DNA from: Xanthomonas campestris pv. campestris str. ATCC 33913
Lineage (GTDB): Bacteria; Pseudomonadota; Gammaproteobacteria; Xanthomonadales; Xanthomonadaceae
Direction: 5' to 3'
Assembly (NCBI RefSeq): GCF_000007145.1
Contig: NC_003902.1
Coordinates: forward strand, 4,913,426-4,945,425
DNA length: 32,000 nucleotides
How positions within the stretch are numbered: position 1 is the first letter of the stretch; each line of letters opens with the position of its first letter. Under the pieces are notes generated by a model. It saw only the letters and a program-made list of their open reading frames with translations. It did no database searches and was not told the DNA's origin. This document shows positions 17,971 to 25,717 of this stretch, piece by piece. A program made the position numbers and the translations under genes.

Positions 17971-18528
17971 TCAGCTGTCCACGCCAGGGCCAAGATCGAT
18001 CACGTAATACAGCACGTCATCGGTGCCCGGACTCAGCACCCGCAGCCCCTGCCGCTGCAGCCCGAGTTGTTCCAGCGCACGGATCGAATCGCTGTTGTCG
18101 GGCGACACGATCGCGCACAGCTGCGGCAGCCGCAGCACATCGCGCGCATACCGCAGCACGGCATGCCCGGCCTCGCGCACATAGCCCTTGCCGCGATAAT
18201 CCGGCAACAGCGCAAAGCCGATATGCGGCACCGGCAAGGTGTCGCGGCACAACAACCCCAGGGTGCCTGCGAAGGCGCCTTCGTCACGCGTTTCAACCGC
18301 CCAGTGCGCGAACCCGTGGCGCTCCTGATGCGCCTGCGCCCACTCGCGCAGGTGCGCGCGCGCCTGCTCGCGGGTCCGTACGCCACGATCGTTGATGCCG
18401 GCGATGAAGGCGGGGTCGTTGACCAACGCCAGCATTGCGTCGGCGTCGCGCTCCGCATCAAGCGTCCGCAAGCGCAGGCGCGGGGTTTCGATCACCACGG
18501 TCACGGTGTGCTCCGGCATCAGGAACAC
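17971..18528 (-). CDS. GNAT-family N-acetyltransferase (RimJ/RimL-like)
   Basis: 185 aa. ETPRLRLRTLDAERDADAMLALVNDP is the typical Acetyltransf_3 N-terminus. IGFALLPDYRGKGYVREAGHAVLRYA is the acetyl-CoA binding Q/RxxGxG/A-type motif. The start is either GTG at 18528 or ATG at 18519. Confidence 0.85.
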   Translation of the reverse strand: MFLMPEHTVTVVIETPRLRLRTLDAERDADAMLALVNDPAFIAGINDRGVRTREQARAHLREWAQAHQERHGFAHWAVETRDEGAFAGTLGLLCRDTLPVPHIGFALLPDYRGKGYVREAGHAVLRYARDVLRLPQLCAIVSPDNSDSIRALEQLGLQRQGLRVLSPGTDDVLYYVIDLGPGVDS

Positions 18529-18931
18529 CCAGCCTGCCGTGCAGATGCCTCACTGGCAAGCCTGTGCGGGCACAGCGTCGTGGGGTGGCAGGCGTTTACT
18601 TGCAAGGCAAAACCGCCTGGCGATAAGCATCAACAAATGCCACACGACAATTGCTGCACACCTCGCTCTACTCGTGCAGTTGGCACGCTGCGCGCCGTGA
18701 TCGCGTGCTATGCGCACGACCGAGAGTGCCTGCATCGTTGCCATGGTTGAGAAGGCGTCCGCCGCAGCACGCATGCGACCACATGCTGCGGGATTCCAGA
18801 CGCGTGCAGCACGCGCAAACACCGCGCATCAACTCGCTGCTTGAAGCCCCAGGGACTCATCGTGCAAGCGATGCGCATCGGCGCCGACCAGCGCCTTACC
18901 GCCTCTCATACGCACGTGTTGTCAGCGTGCG

Positions 18932-20908
18932 TTAGTCGAACAACGCCTGGATCGCCGCCAGCCCCGCGTTGGCGCGTTCCTTCTTGCGTTCGGCATCGGC
19001 CACCGGGTCGGCGCCGTCGCGTTGCAGTTCGGCCGCCGGAATCTCGTCGAAGAAGCGGCTCGGCTTCAGTCGCACATGCTCGCCGAACTTGCGCGTCAAC
19101 TTGCTGTAGCTCATCCACAACTGCTGCTTGGCGCGGGTAATGCCCACGTACAACAGGCGCCGCTCTTCCTGCAGGTTGCCTTCTTCCAGGCTGACCTCGT
19201 GCGGCAGCACGCCGTCCTCGCAGCCAACGATGAACACGTAGCGGAATTCCAGGCCCTTGGACGCATGCATGGTCATCATGCGCACCTGGTTGCCGCCGTC
19301 GTCCTTGTCGTTACGCGACAGCAGCGCCAACTGCGCCGCCAGATCGCTGGCGCTGGCGCCACGCGGGCCGCCTTCGAACCATTCGGCCAGCTCATCGAGG
19401 TTGCGCTTGCGGCGCTGGAACCCGGCTTCGTCCTTGGACTGATTGCGCAGGTCGTTGAGCAGGCCGGACTTGTCGGCCAAGGTGCGCACCAATTCGCCGG
19501 CCGGCAGCGTGGCCGAATGCTCGCGCATATCGCGCAGGATGTCGGTAAATGCGCTCAGGCCGTTGGCCGCACGCGGCGGCAAGTGCTGCAGCGCGCCCAT
19601 CGATTCGGCCGCGCGTGACATCGGCACCGACTTGGCACTGGCCAGTTCGGCCAATCGCGCCAGCGAGGTCGCACCGACTTCGCGCTTGGGCGACTGCACC
19701 GCACGCAAGAACGCGGCGTCGTCTTCGGGATTGACGATCAGCCGCAACCACGACAGCACGTCCTTGACCTCCTGCCGCTCCAAAAACGCGGTGCCGCCGG
19801 TGAGGTGGTACGGCACACGCAGCAACTGCAGCGCCTTTTCCAGTGGCCGCGACTGGAAGTTGCCACGGAACAGGATGCAGAAATCGCTCCACGGCACCTG
19901 CTTGGCCGTGCCCAGGAACGAAATCTCGGCGGCCACTTTTTCCGCTTCGTGCTCGCTGTCGCGGCACTCCCACACGCGAATGCGCTCACCGTCGGCCTGG
20001 TCGCTCCACAGGGTCTTCAAGTGCTCGTGCGGGTTGTGCGCGATCAAGGCATTGGCCGCACGCAGCACGCGGTTGGAGCAACGGTAGTTCTGCTCCAGCT
20101 TGATGATTTCCAGCGCCGGGTAGTCGCGCCCCATCTGCTGCAGGTTTTCCGGGTTGGCGCCACGCCAAGCGTAGATGCTCTGGTCGTCGTCGCCCACGCA
20201 GGTAAAGTTGCCGCGCGGCCCGGCCAGCATCTTCAGCAGCCGGTACTGCGCATCGTTGGTGTCCTGGCACTCGTCGACCAGCAGGTAGCCGATGCGTTCG
20301 CGCCAGCCCATCACGATCTCTTCGTTGGCCTCCAGGATCTGCACCGGCAGGCGGATCAGGTCATCGAAGTCCACCGCGTTGAAGGTGGTCAGCCGCGCCT
20401 GGTAGCGCTCATACAGGCTGGCCGCTTCCTTCTCGCGGTTGCTGCGCGCCGCAGCCATCGCCTGCTCGGGCGACATGCCGGCGTTCTTGGCCCGCGAAAT
20501 CAGGTTCTTGGCGTCTTCGATCGCATCGGGCTTGGCCCCATGCATCAGGTCCTTGATCTGCGCGGCCGCATCGTCGGAATCGAAGATCGAAAACCCACGC
20601 TTCAACCCGGCCGCGGCATGCTCGATCTGCAGGAACTTCAACCCCAGCGCGTGGAAGGTACAGATGGTCAGCCCGTCGGCCCCGTCGCCACGGATACGCT
20701 TGGCCACACGCTCGCGCATTTCCTTGGCCGACTTGTTGGTAAAGGTGATCGCGGCGATGCGCTTGGCCGGATAGCGGCCGATGGCGATCAGATGCGCGAT
20801 CTTCTCCACGATCACGCGCGTCTTGCCGCTGCCGGCACCGGCCAGCACCAACAAGGGACCTTCGCAGTGCAGGACGGCAGCGCTTTGCGGGGGATTGAGA
20901 CCGTGCAT
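18932..20908 (-). CDS. rep: ATP-dependent DNA helicase Rep (UvrD/Rep SF1 family)
   Basis: Track ORF 18932..20920 (TTG). ATG at 20908 gives MHGLNPPQSAAVLHCEGPLLVLAGAGSGKTRVIVEKIAHLI, the Walker A motif. Also present are DECQDTN (motif II), QNYRCSNRVL, TMHASKGLEF and YVGITRAK. At 658 aa the size fits Rep rather than UvrD. Confidence 0.92.
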   Translation of the reverse strand: MHGLNPPQSAAVLHCEGPLLVLAGAGSGKTRVIVEKIAHLIAIGRYPAKRIAAITFTNKSAKEMRERVAKRIRGDGADGLTICTFHALGLKFLQIEHAAAGLKRGFSIFDSDDAAAQIKDLMHGAKPDAIEDAKNLISRAKNAGMSPEQAMAAARSNREKEAASLYERYQARLTTFNAVDFDDLIRLPVQILEANEEIVMGWRERIGYLLVDECQDTNDAQYRLLKMLAGPRGNFTCVGDDDQSIYAWRGANPENLQQMGRDYPALEIIKLEQNYRCSNRVLRAANALIAHNPHEHLKTLWSDQADGERIRVWECRDSEHEAEKVAAEISFLGTAKQVPWSDFCILFRGNFQSRPLEKALQLLRVPYHLTGGTAFLERQEVKDVLSWLRLIVNPEDDAAFLRAVQSPKREVGATSLARLAELASAKSVPMSRAAESMGALQHLPPRAANGLSAFTDILRDMREHSATLPAGELVRTLADKSGLLNDLRNQSKDEAGFQRRKRNLDELAEWFEGGPRGASASDLAAQLALLSRNDKDDGGNQVRMMTMHASKGLEFRYVFIVGCEDGVLPHEVSLEEGNLQEERRLLYVGITRAKQQLWMSYSKLTRKFGEHVRLKPSRFFDEIPAAELQRDGADPVADAERKKERANAGLAAIQALFD

Positions 20909-21022
20909 AGGGACTTCCAACAGAGCGGGCCATTGTACCGGCGCGGCTGCGGGCAGGCCGCCGGCGTCGGTTCATGCGGCAAGCCATGACCGCACGCCAC
21001 CTGACCCGGTAAACTCATCCAA

Positions 21023-21041
21023 TGGCCAAGCTCTATTTCTA
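21023..21041. repeat. left copy of 19-bp direct repeat (attL-like core) at the native tdk start
   Basis: TGGCCAAGCTCTATTTCTA is identical to 25089..25107. Here it is preceded by A, giving ATG GCC AAG CTC TAT TTC TA. It continues TTATT, against CTACT at the right copy. Confidence 0.9.
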
Positions 21042-21518
21042 TTATTGGCGTAAGAGGGTGTTCAGAGGCGTAAGTAAATGGCTGTTTCTTAGCTTATTTT
21101 CGGGCCGTCTTCGTAAGTTGGTTTCAGGTTGTATTCGGACGCGATACCGTCGGCATGACACCGGCTGCTTATGCCCAACATCTGACAAACACCGATATCA
21201 TCAACCCCGGACTCTAAACCAAGCCGCTACTCAGGGCGGGGGGACGTCGATTGGTCCAATCGGCTTTTTGAGTTCTTTCGACGCGAGGCCCGGCGCTTGG
21301 GGGATCTCAAGACGCATGGGCTGCCCGCCTATGCGAACCAGCCCCATGGGACCTTGATCGTTCTGTGTTCCGCCGAGCGAGAACAAAGCTTGAAGATGAG
21401 CGCCAGAGTGCAGCGCGTTATTGCGGAGGCTTGAAGGCTTGGAGAATGTCCGAAGTGATACGCCCAGGGTTTCCTAGACATCTCAAGGCCATGGAAAATG
21501 GTCGATTCGGAGGTGCCT

Positions 21519-21791
21519 ATGAGCAGCAAGCGATATACGGATGAGTTCAAGATCGAGGCGGTCCGGCAAGTGACTGATCGTGGGTTCAAGGTGGCAGAAG
21601 TCGCCGAGCGGCTGGGTGTCACGACGCACAGCCTGTACGCCTGGCTGCGCACGTTCGGCAAGTCTGGCGTGGTGCATCGCGCCGAGGTGGACCAGAGCGC
21701 CGAGGTTCGGCGGCTGAAGGCAGAGTTGCGTCGAGTGACCGAGGAGCGCGACATCCTAAAAAAGGCCGCCGCGTACTTTGCCAAGGGGTAA
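21519..21791 (+). CDS. IS3-family transposase OrfA (HTH)
   Basis: MSSKRYTDEFKIEAVRQVTDRGFKVAEVAERLGVTTHSLYAWLRTFGK is an HTH_Tnp_1-type domain. A leucine-zipper-like segment RRLKAELRRVTEERDILKKAAAYF follows. GGAGG lies 5 nt upstream of the ATG at 21519. The track start at 21498 is an upstream in-frame ATG. Confidence 0.9.
   Translation: MSSKRYTDEFKIEAVRQVTDRGFKVAEVAERLGVTTHSLYAWLRTFGKSGVVHRAEVDQSAEVRRLKAELRRVTEERDILKKAAAYFAKG
21758..21764 (+). promoter_or_regulatory. programmed -1 ribosomal frameshift heptamer A AAA AAG
   Basis: In orfA's zero frame the sequence reads CTA AAA AAG (L K K). The heptamer therefore sits as A AAA AAG in X XXY YYZ register. The -1 frame is open from here into orfB (KKGRRVLCQGVKAKYAFMQAHCGEF...), as in IS3-family OrfAB fusions. 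Confidence 0.8.
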
Positions 21792-21808
21792 AGGCAAAGT
21801 ACGCCTTC

Positions 21809-22663
21809 ATGCAAGCCCACTGCGGGGAATTCAGGGTGTGTGCAATGTGCCGGGTATTGCGGGTCAACCGGTCGGGTTATTACGCCTGGTTGTGCTCGCC
21901 CAACAGTGAGCGCGCCAAGGAAGATGATCGCTTGCTTGGACTAATCAAGCACCACTGGCTGGCCAGCGGCAGTGTCTATGGGCATCGCAAGATCACCACG
22001 GATCTGCGCGATCTGGGTGAGCGTTGTAGTCGTCATCGGGTGCATCGGCTGATGCGCACCGAGGGACTGCGTGCCCAGGTGGGCTATGGTCGCAAACCGC
22101 GCTTCCATGGAGGAATGCAGTGCAAGGCGGCGGCCAACCTGCTTGACCGACAGTTCGACGTGACGGAGCCGGACACGGCCTGGGCGAGCGATTTCACCTT
22201 CATCCGCACGCATGAAGGCTGGATGTATTTGGCTGTTGTGATCGATCTGTTTTCCAGGCAGGTCGTCGGCTGGGCGATGCGCGATCGGGCCGACACCGAG
22301 TTGGTCGTGCAGGCGGTGTTGTCTGCGGTGTGGCGGCGCAAACCCAACGCTGGTTGCTTGGTTCATTCGGACCAAGGGTCTGTCTACACCAGCGATGACT
22401 GGCGCAGTTTCCTGGCGTCCCATGGCTTGGTGTGCAGCATGAGTCGGCGTGGCAACTGCCACGACAACGCACCCGTGGAGAGCTTCTTCGGCCTGCTCAA
22501 ACGCGAGCGGATCAGGCGGCGGACCTATCCCACCAAGGACGCCGCTCGCGCCGAGGTATTCGACTACATCGAGATGTTCTACAACCCCAACCGCCGCCAC
22601 GGTTCAACTGGCGACCTGTCACCTGTAGAGTTTGAACGGCGCTACGCGCAACGAGGGTCTTGA
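21809..22663 (+). CDS. IS3-family transposase OrfB (DDE / rve integrase domain), normally expressed as an OrfAB fusion
   Basis: WASDFTFIRTHEGWMYLAVVIDLFSRQVVGW has the first D, LVHSDQGSVYTS the second D, and CHDNAPVESFFGLLKRE the E. These are the classic rve catalytic-core blocks. The frame is -1 relative to orfA. Confidence 0.9.
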   Translation: MQAHCGEFRVCAMCRVLRVNRSGYYAWLCSPNSERAKEDDRLLGLIKHHWLASGSVYGHRKITTDLRDLGERCSRHRVHRLMRTEGLRAQVGYGRKPRFHGGMQCKAAANLLDRQFDVTEPDTAWASDFTFIRTHEGWMYLAVVIDLFSRQVVGWAMRDRADTELVVQAVLSAVWRRKPNAGCLVHSDQGSVYTSDDWRSFLASHGLVCSMSRRGNCHDNAPVESFFGLLKRERIRRRTYPTKDAARAEVFDYIEMFYNPNRRHGSTGDLSPVEFERRYAQRGS

Positions 22664-24691
22664 GTGTCTACGGAACCCTGGGCGTATCACCCACTTGTTC
22701 ATGTCCTTCTTACGGTCTCCCGAAGAGAACCGAGCGAACAACTTGGAGATGCGCTCTATTTCTTCCTGAGCCTTCTTGTGATTGTCCTCATCAACGGGGA
22801 GCACTCTTTCGCGCGCTGGATCGTCGATGCCCACGAATTGGGAGTAGCACATGAAGACTTCGCCCTGCGCTTCGTCATCAGCTACTTTTTTGCGCATGAT
22901 AAGAATAGACGTCTTGACTCTTGCTTCAGATCGCTGGAAGGCGTCGCCTGGCAGCGATACAACCGCTTCTACGATGTATTTTTGGGCTAGCCAGGCACGG
23001 GTAGTCGCGAAAGCCTTGCTGCCTAGTACGCTATCGTCTATCACGCTCACCAAACGCCCTCCTGGTTTGAGGAAGTCTAGATAACGCTCCAAGAACATTG
23101 CGCTCGACTTAAGTTTGGCTTTCGGAAGGATCTCGGCGGGACCGTCGTACGACAGCTCATACGCATCCAAAACCGACGGTGCGTATGCACGTCCACCACC
23201 CCGCTTCTTACGTTCGTAATCGCGCGCAAAGGGCGGATTTGTCAGTGCGACGTCAGCAAAGCCCTCAGCGTTGTCCTTCAGGACACGCTTAAAGTCTCTA
23301 AGTTCGGACCTGGACTCTGGGCTAGCATTGTTTTCCTCTGCGAGCCCCTTGTCCAATGCGTCCAACTGATAGATTGCGCTTCCGCCGTCTCCATGCAGAT
23401 ACATGTTCATTCTGGCGATGCGGGCCAGTGCCGGATCTTTGGCCGAGTCAATTCCGTAGATGCACTTAGTTGCGATATCGTTCTTAAGCTCATTCTTTGC
23501 AGCCTGCGACAGCTTGGGAGAGCTCTCAACCTTCTTCCACATAGCCGCCAGAGCCTCGATAAGGAACCCCCCACTTCCGCAGCATCCATCAATAACTACA
23601 TCGCATCCCTGATGCTTGATCCCAACTTGCAGATCAGACATCGCGACCGCCAACTTGACGACGCTTCGCGGCGTAAAGTACTGACCAAGCGACTTGCCCC
23701 TCAGAGTGGCATTCAGGAACGTCTCAAATAGACGACCATTGATATCGGCGTCCAAACCGTAGAGATCGGCGGATTCCAGACGCCGGACGATGTCTTTTGT
23801 CAGATCTTTGCTCAGGGCTAGCTTCTCGTTTTCCGAGAAGATGCGTTTTTTGTTTTGCTGTTTTATTTGGAGTTCAAGACTCTCACGAAGCTCATCAAAT
23901 CGGACAGCAATTGGATTATCAATCCCAGCTTCTTCCGCCGCATTGATGGCAGCCACAGAGAACTTCACATTGCGGGCAGGCTCGATCACCTGAAAAACGC
24001 CGGATTCAGCCATTTCAGGGTTCTTTTCGTGTACTTCGCGGTCTGATAGAAGCTTGATGAAGATAAGCTTCACAAATTCCATAAACGCAGCAGTGTAGCT
24101 GAGCGCGTCTTTTCTATGTATCTGATCATGGCACCAAGCAAAATCAGCGTTTAGATCGTTAGCGCTCTTCCTGCGTATTGTCAGGCTGGGCAACTGTTCG
24201 TTGAGCTGAACATTCAGTTTATCGCTATCAGCGGATAGCAGTTCCTTAAGCTGTTTTAGCTTCGGATTGCCCACCGCGAAGTCTTTGAAATCCATCACGA
24301 GAAGCGGCCGGCTTGAGTCCCAGTGGTACACGCGGGTTTCTTTGCCATTCGTCAGCATGTAGTAAAGGACGGGGTTCTCACCTGGGCCGTATCGCTCGTT
24401 AAGCTCATGGCAATAGCTCTTACATTGGCCGCGCCATTTCTCAATACCCTCTGATGGGCTCTTCGCATCACAGACCCAGCGAACGTGGCCGCCCTTAGTG
24501 ACAGCGAAATCAGGCCGATACAGTACACGCCGCCGACCAGCGCTAACAGAAAGCGTCTCGATGGTCTCTTTCAGCCGGATATTGGTGTCCTTGTAGCCAA
24601 GGAGGTCCTTCAGCATCCTCGCCATGAAGAACGACTCCACTCCGGCCTCGTTCCTAAGGTCCTTGTCCGTGCAAAGGATATTTTTAGTCAT
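22619..24691 (-). CDS. fusion of a PD-(D/E)xK (HSDR_N-like) nuclease domain with an HsdM-type gamma-class N6-adenine DNA methyltransferase; 3' end interrupted by the IS (native sequence 22690..24691, last 23 codons IS-encoded)
   Basis: ATG at 24691 gives MTKNILCTDKDL.... The track start GTG at 24736 is an alternative. The N-terminus is NEAGVESFFMARMLKDLLGYKD...VLYRPDFAV...VRWVCDAKSP, the type I R-subunit N-terminal nuclease pattern (E..VE, LGY, PD, D-x-K). The middle is HsdM_N-like (FAWCHDQIHRKDALSYTAAFMEFVKLIFIKLLSD). MTase motif X is LGQYFTPRSVV and motif I is VVIDGCCGSGGFLIEA. Then come IYGIDSAKDPALARIARMNMYLHG and motif IV LTNPPFA. The reading frame crosses the IS right end at 22689/22690 (...DMNKW | VIRPGFRRHS...LYR*). 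Confidence 0.85.
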   Translation of the reverse strand: MTKNILCTDKDLRNEAGVESFFMARMLKDLLGYKDTNIRLKETIETLSVSAGRRRVLYRPDFAVTKGGHVRWVCDAKSPSEGIEKWRGQCKSYCHELNERYGPGENPVLYYMLTNGKETRVYHWDSSRPLLVMDFKDFAVGNPKLKQLKELLSADSDKLNVQLNEQLPSLTIRRKSANDLNADFAWCHDQIHRKDALSYTAAFMEFVKLIFIKLLSDREVHEKNPEMAESGVFQVIEPARNVKFSVAAINAAEEAGIDNPIAVRFDELRESLELQIKQQNKKRIFSENEKLALSKDLTKDIVRRLESADLYGLDADINGRLFETFLNATLRGKSLGQYFTPRSVVKLAVAMSDLQVGIKHQGCDVVIDGCCGSGGFLIEALAAMWKKVESSPKLSQAAKNELKNDIATKCIYGIDSAKDPALARIARMNMYLHGDGGSAIYQLDALDKGLAEENNASPESRSELRDFKRVLKDNAEGFADVALTNPPFARDYERKKRGGGRAYAPSVLDAYELSYDGPAEILPKAKLKSSAMFLERYLDFLKPGGRLVSVIDDSVLGSKAFATTRAWLAQKYIVEAVVSLPGDAFQRSEARVKTSILIMRKKVADDEAQGEVFMCYSQFVGIDDPARERVLPVDEDNHKKAQEEIERISKLFARFSSGDRKKDMNKWVIRPGFRRHSRPSLRVAPFKLYR

Positions 24692-25087
24692 GCTGCCCTT
24701 AACTCCATCATGTCCTGTACTGTGACCACCAATCACTTTTTGGCTTTTGGTGATCAGTGCACCTGCACGTCTAACTGGCGGTCCAAGTCCACGCTATCGC
24801 GTGGGCGCTTGGTCTAACGATCTATGCTAGCTCAGGACAGCCCGAAGACGTCATTGCAGCAGCTTCGAGCCACTGCATTGGCGCGGTACAGTGGCGTCAG
24901 GCCATCTCGTATCCTGAGACAGCGCTCATGTTCGGGAAGCTGCGTTGCAACCGATTGCAACAGACGGTCCGTGCTGGACTCGCGGCACCGGCTGCAAGTG
25001 ACGGTATAACTGTCGGTACTGGTTCACAGTCATGCGTCCGCTTCCTACATAATTCCCATTAAATTCAATACCTTAAGTTGAACCCAG

Positions 25088-25717
25088 TTGGCCAAGCTCT
25101 ATTTCTACTACTCGGCAATGAATGCCGGGAAGACCACCACCTTGCTGCAGTCGGCGCACAACTACCGCGAGCGGGGTATGCGCACGTCCATCCTCACGCC
25201 CAAGCTCGATCACCGCGCCGGCAGCGGCGTGGTCGCCTCGCGCATCGGCTTGCGCGCCGATGGGCAGACCTTCGACCGCCAGACCGAGTTGCTGCAGTTG
25301 ATCGAGCGCGACATTGCCGCGCACGGCCCGCTGCACTGCGTGCTGGTCGACGAGGCGCAGTTCCTCAGCAGCGCGCAGGTCTGGCAGCTGAGCGAGGTGG
25401 TCGACCGCCTGCGCATCCCGGTGCTCTGCTACGGGTTGCGGACCGATTTCCGCGGCGAGCTGTTCGAAGGCAGCCAGTTCCTGCTGGCCTGGGCCGATGA
25501 GCTGGAAGAGATCAAGACCATCTGCCACAGCGGCAGCAAGGCCACCATGACCGTGCGCGTGGACGCACAAGGGCATGCGGTGCAGGACGGCCCGCAGGTG
25601 GAGATCGGCGGCAACGAGCGCTATGTCTCGGTCAGCCGCGCCGAGTTCAAGAAGATCATGCGTGGCGAAGGCCGGATCGACCCGCTGCAGATCGCGTTGC
25701 CGTTGCCGCCGGCGTAA
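25088..25717 (+). CDS. tdk: thymidine kinase (start codon now TTG; native ATG and upstream region displaced 4 kb to the left)
   Basis: (M)[32 protein letters not shown]...[11 protein letters not shown]...[44 protein letters not shown]...[12 protein letters not shown] is near-colinear with E. coli Tdk ([17 protein letters not shown]...). 209 aa. Confidence 0.9.
   Translation: MAKLYFYYSAMNAGKTTTLLQSAHNYRERGMRTSILTPKLDHRAGSGVVASRIGLRADGQTFDRQTELLQLIERDIAAHGPLHCVLVDEAQFLSSAQVWQLSEVVDRLRIPVLCYGLRTDFRGELFEGSQFLLAWADELEEIKTICHSGSKATMTVRVDAQGHAVQDGPQVEIGGNERYVSVSRAEFKKIMRGEGRIDPLQIALPLPPA
25089..25107. repeat. right copy of 19-bp direct repeat (attR-like core) at the present tdk 5' end
   Basis: TGGCCAAGCTCTATTTCTA is identical to 21023..21041. 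Here it is preceded by T, giving TTG GCC AAG.... Confidence 0.9.

Larger units (their letters stand above)
21456..22689 (+). mobile_element. IS3-family insertion sequence, 1234 bp
   Basis: The terminal inverted repeats begin TG and end CA. IRL is TGATACGCCCAGGGTTTCCTAGACA. The reverse complement of IRR is TGATACGCCCAGGGTTCCGTAGACA. The first 16 bases are identical, then the repeats become imperfect. The element has an orfA/orfB arrangement with a -1 frameshift site. No 3-5 bp target-site duplication is present (flanks ..GAAG and CCCA..). Confidence 0.9.
21023..25107. mobile_element. decayed integrative islet (~4.07 kb) inserted in the first codons of tdk
   Basis: It is bounded by the 19-bp perfect direct repeat. 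The interior is visibly AT-richer, roughly 50% GC by spot counts against about two-thirds in the flanks. Cargo is an IS3-family element and a nuclease-methyltransferase fusion. No integrase or excisionase ORF is present. Confidence 0.75.

Noticed and set aside
18529-18931. ~400-bp gap between the GNAT gene and rep, with ORFs 18550..18822 - and 18651..18935 +
   Set aside because: The ORF products are implausible (Arg/Ala/Cys-rich, no start context). No repeats or structures were noted. It is treated as ordinary intergenic DNA containing the GNAT promoter.
21022-21357. 111-aa ORF MAKLYFYYWRKRVFRG...
   Set aside because: Only its first 8 codons are genuine tdk sequence (left att copy). The rest is read-through into non-coding islet DNA. 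It is treated as the orphaned tdk 5' stub, not a gene.
21329-21820. 163-aa minus-strand ORF crossing the IS left end
   Set aside because: It spans the IS boundary at 21456 and is antisense to orfA, so it is an artefact of juxtaposition.
20990-25120. tRNA or tmRNA gene as the integration target of the islet
   Set aside because: I looked for cloverleaf-compatible sequence at both junctions. The repeat is clearly the tdk 5' coding sequence, and no tRNA-like structure is apparent anywhere in the window.
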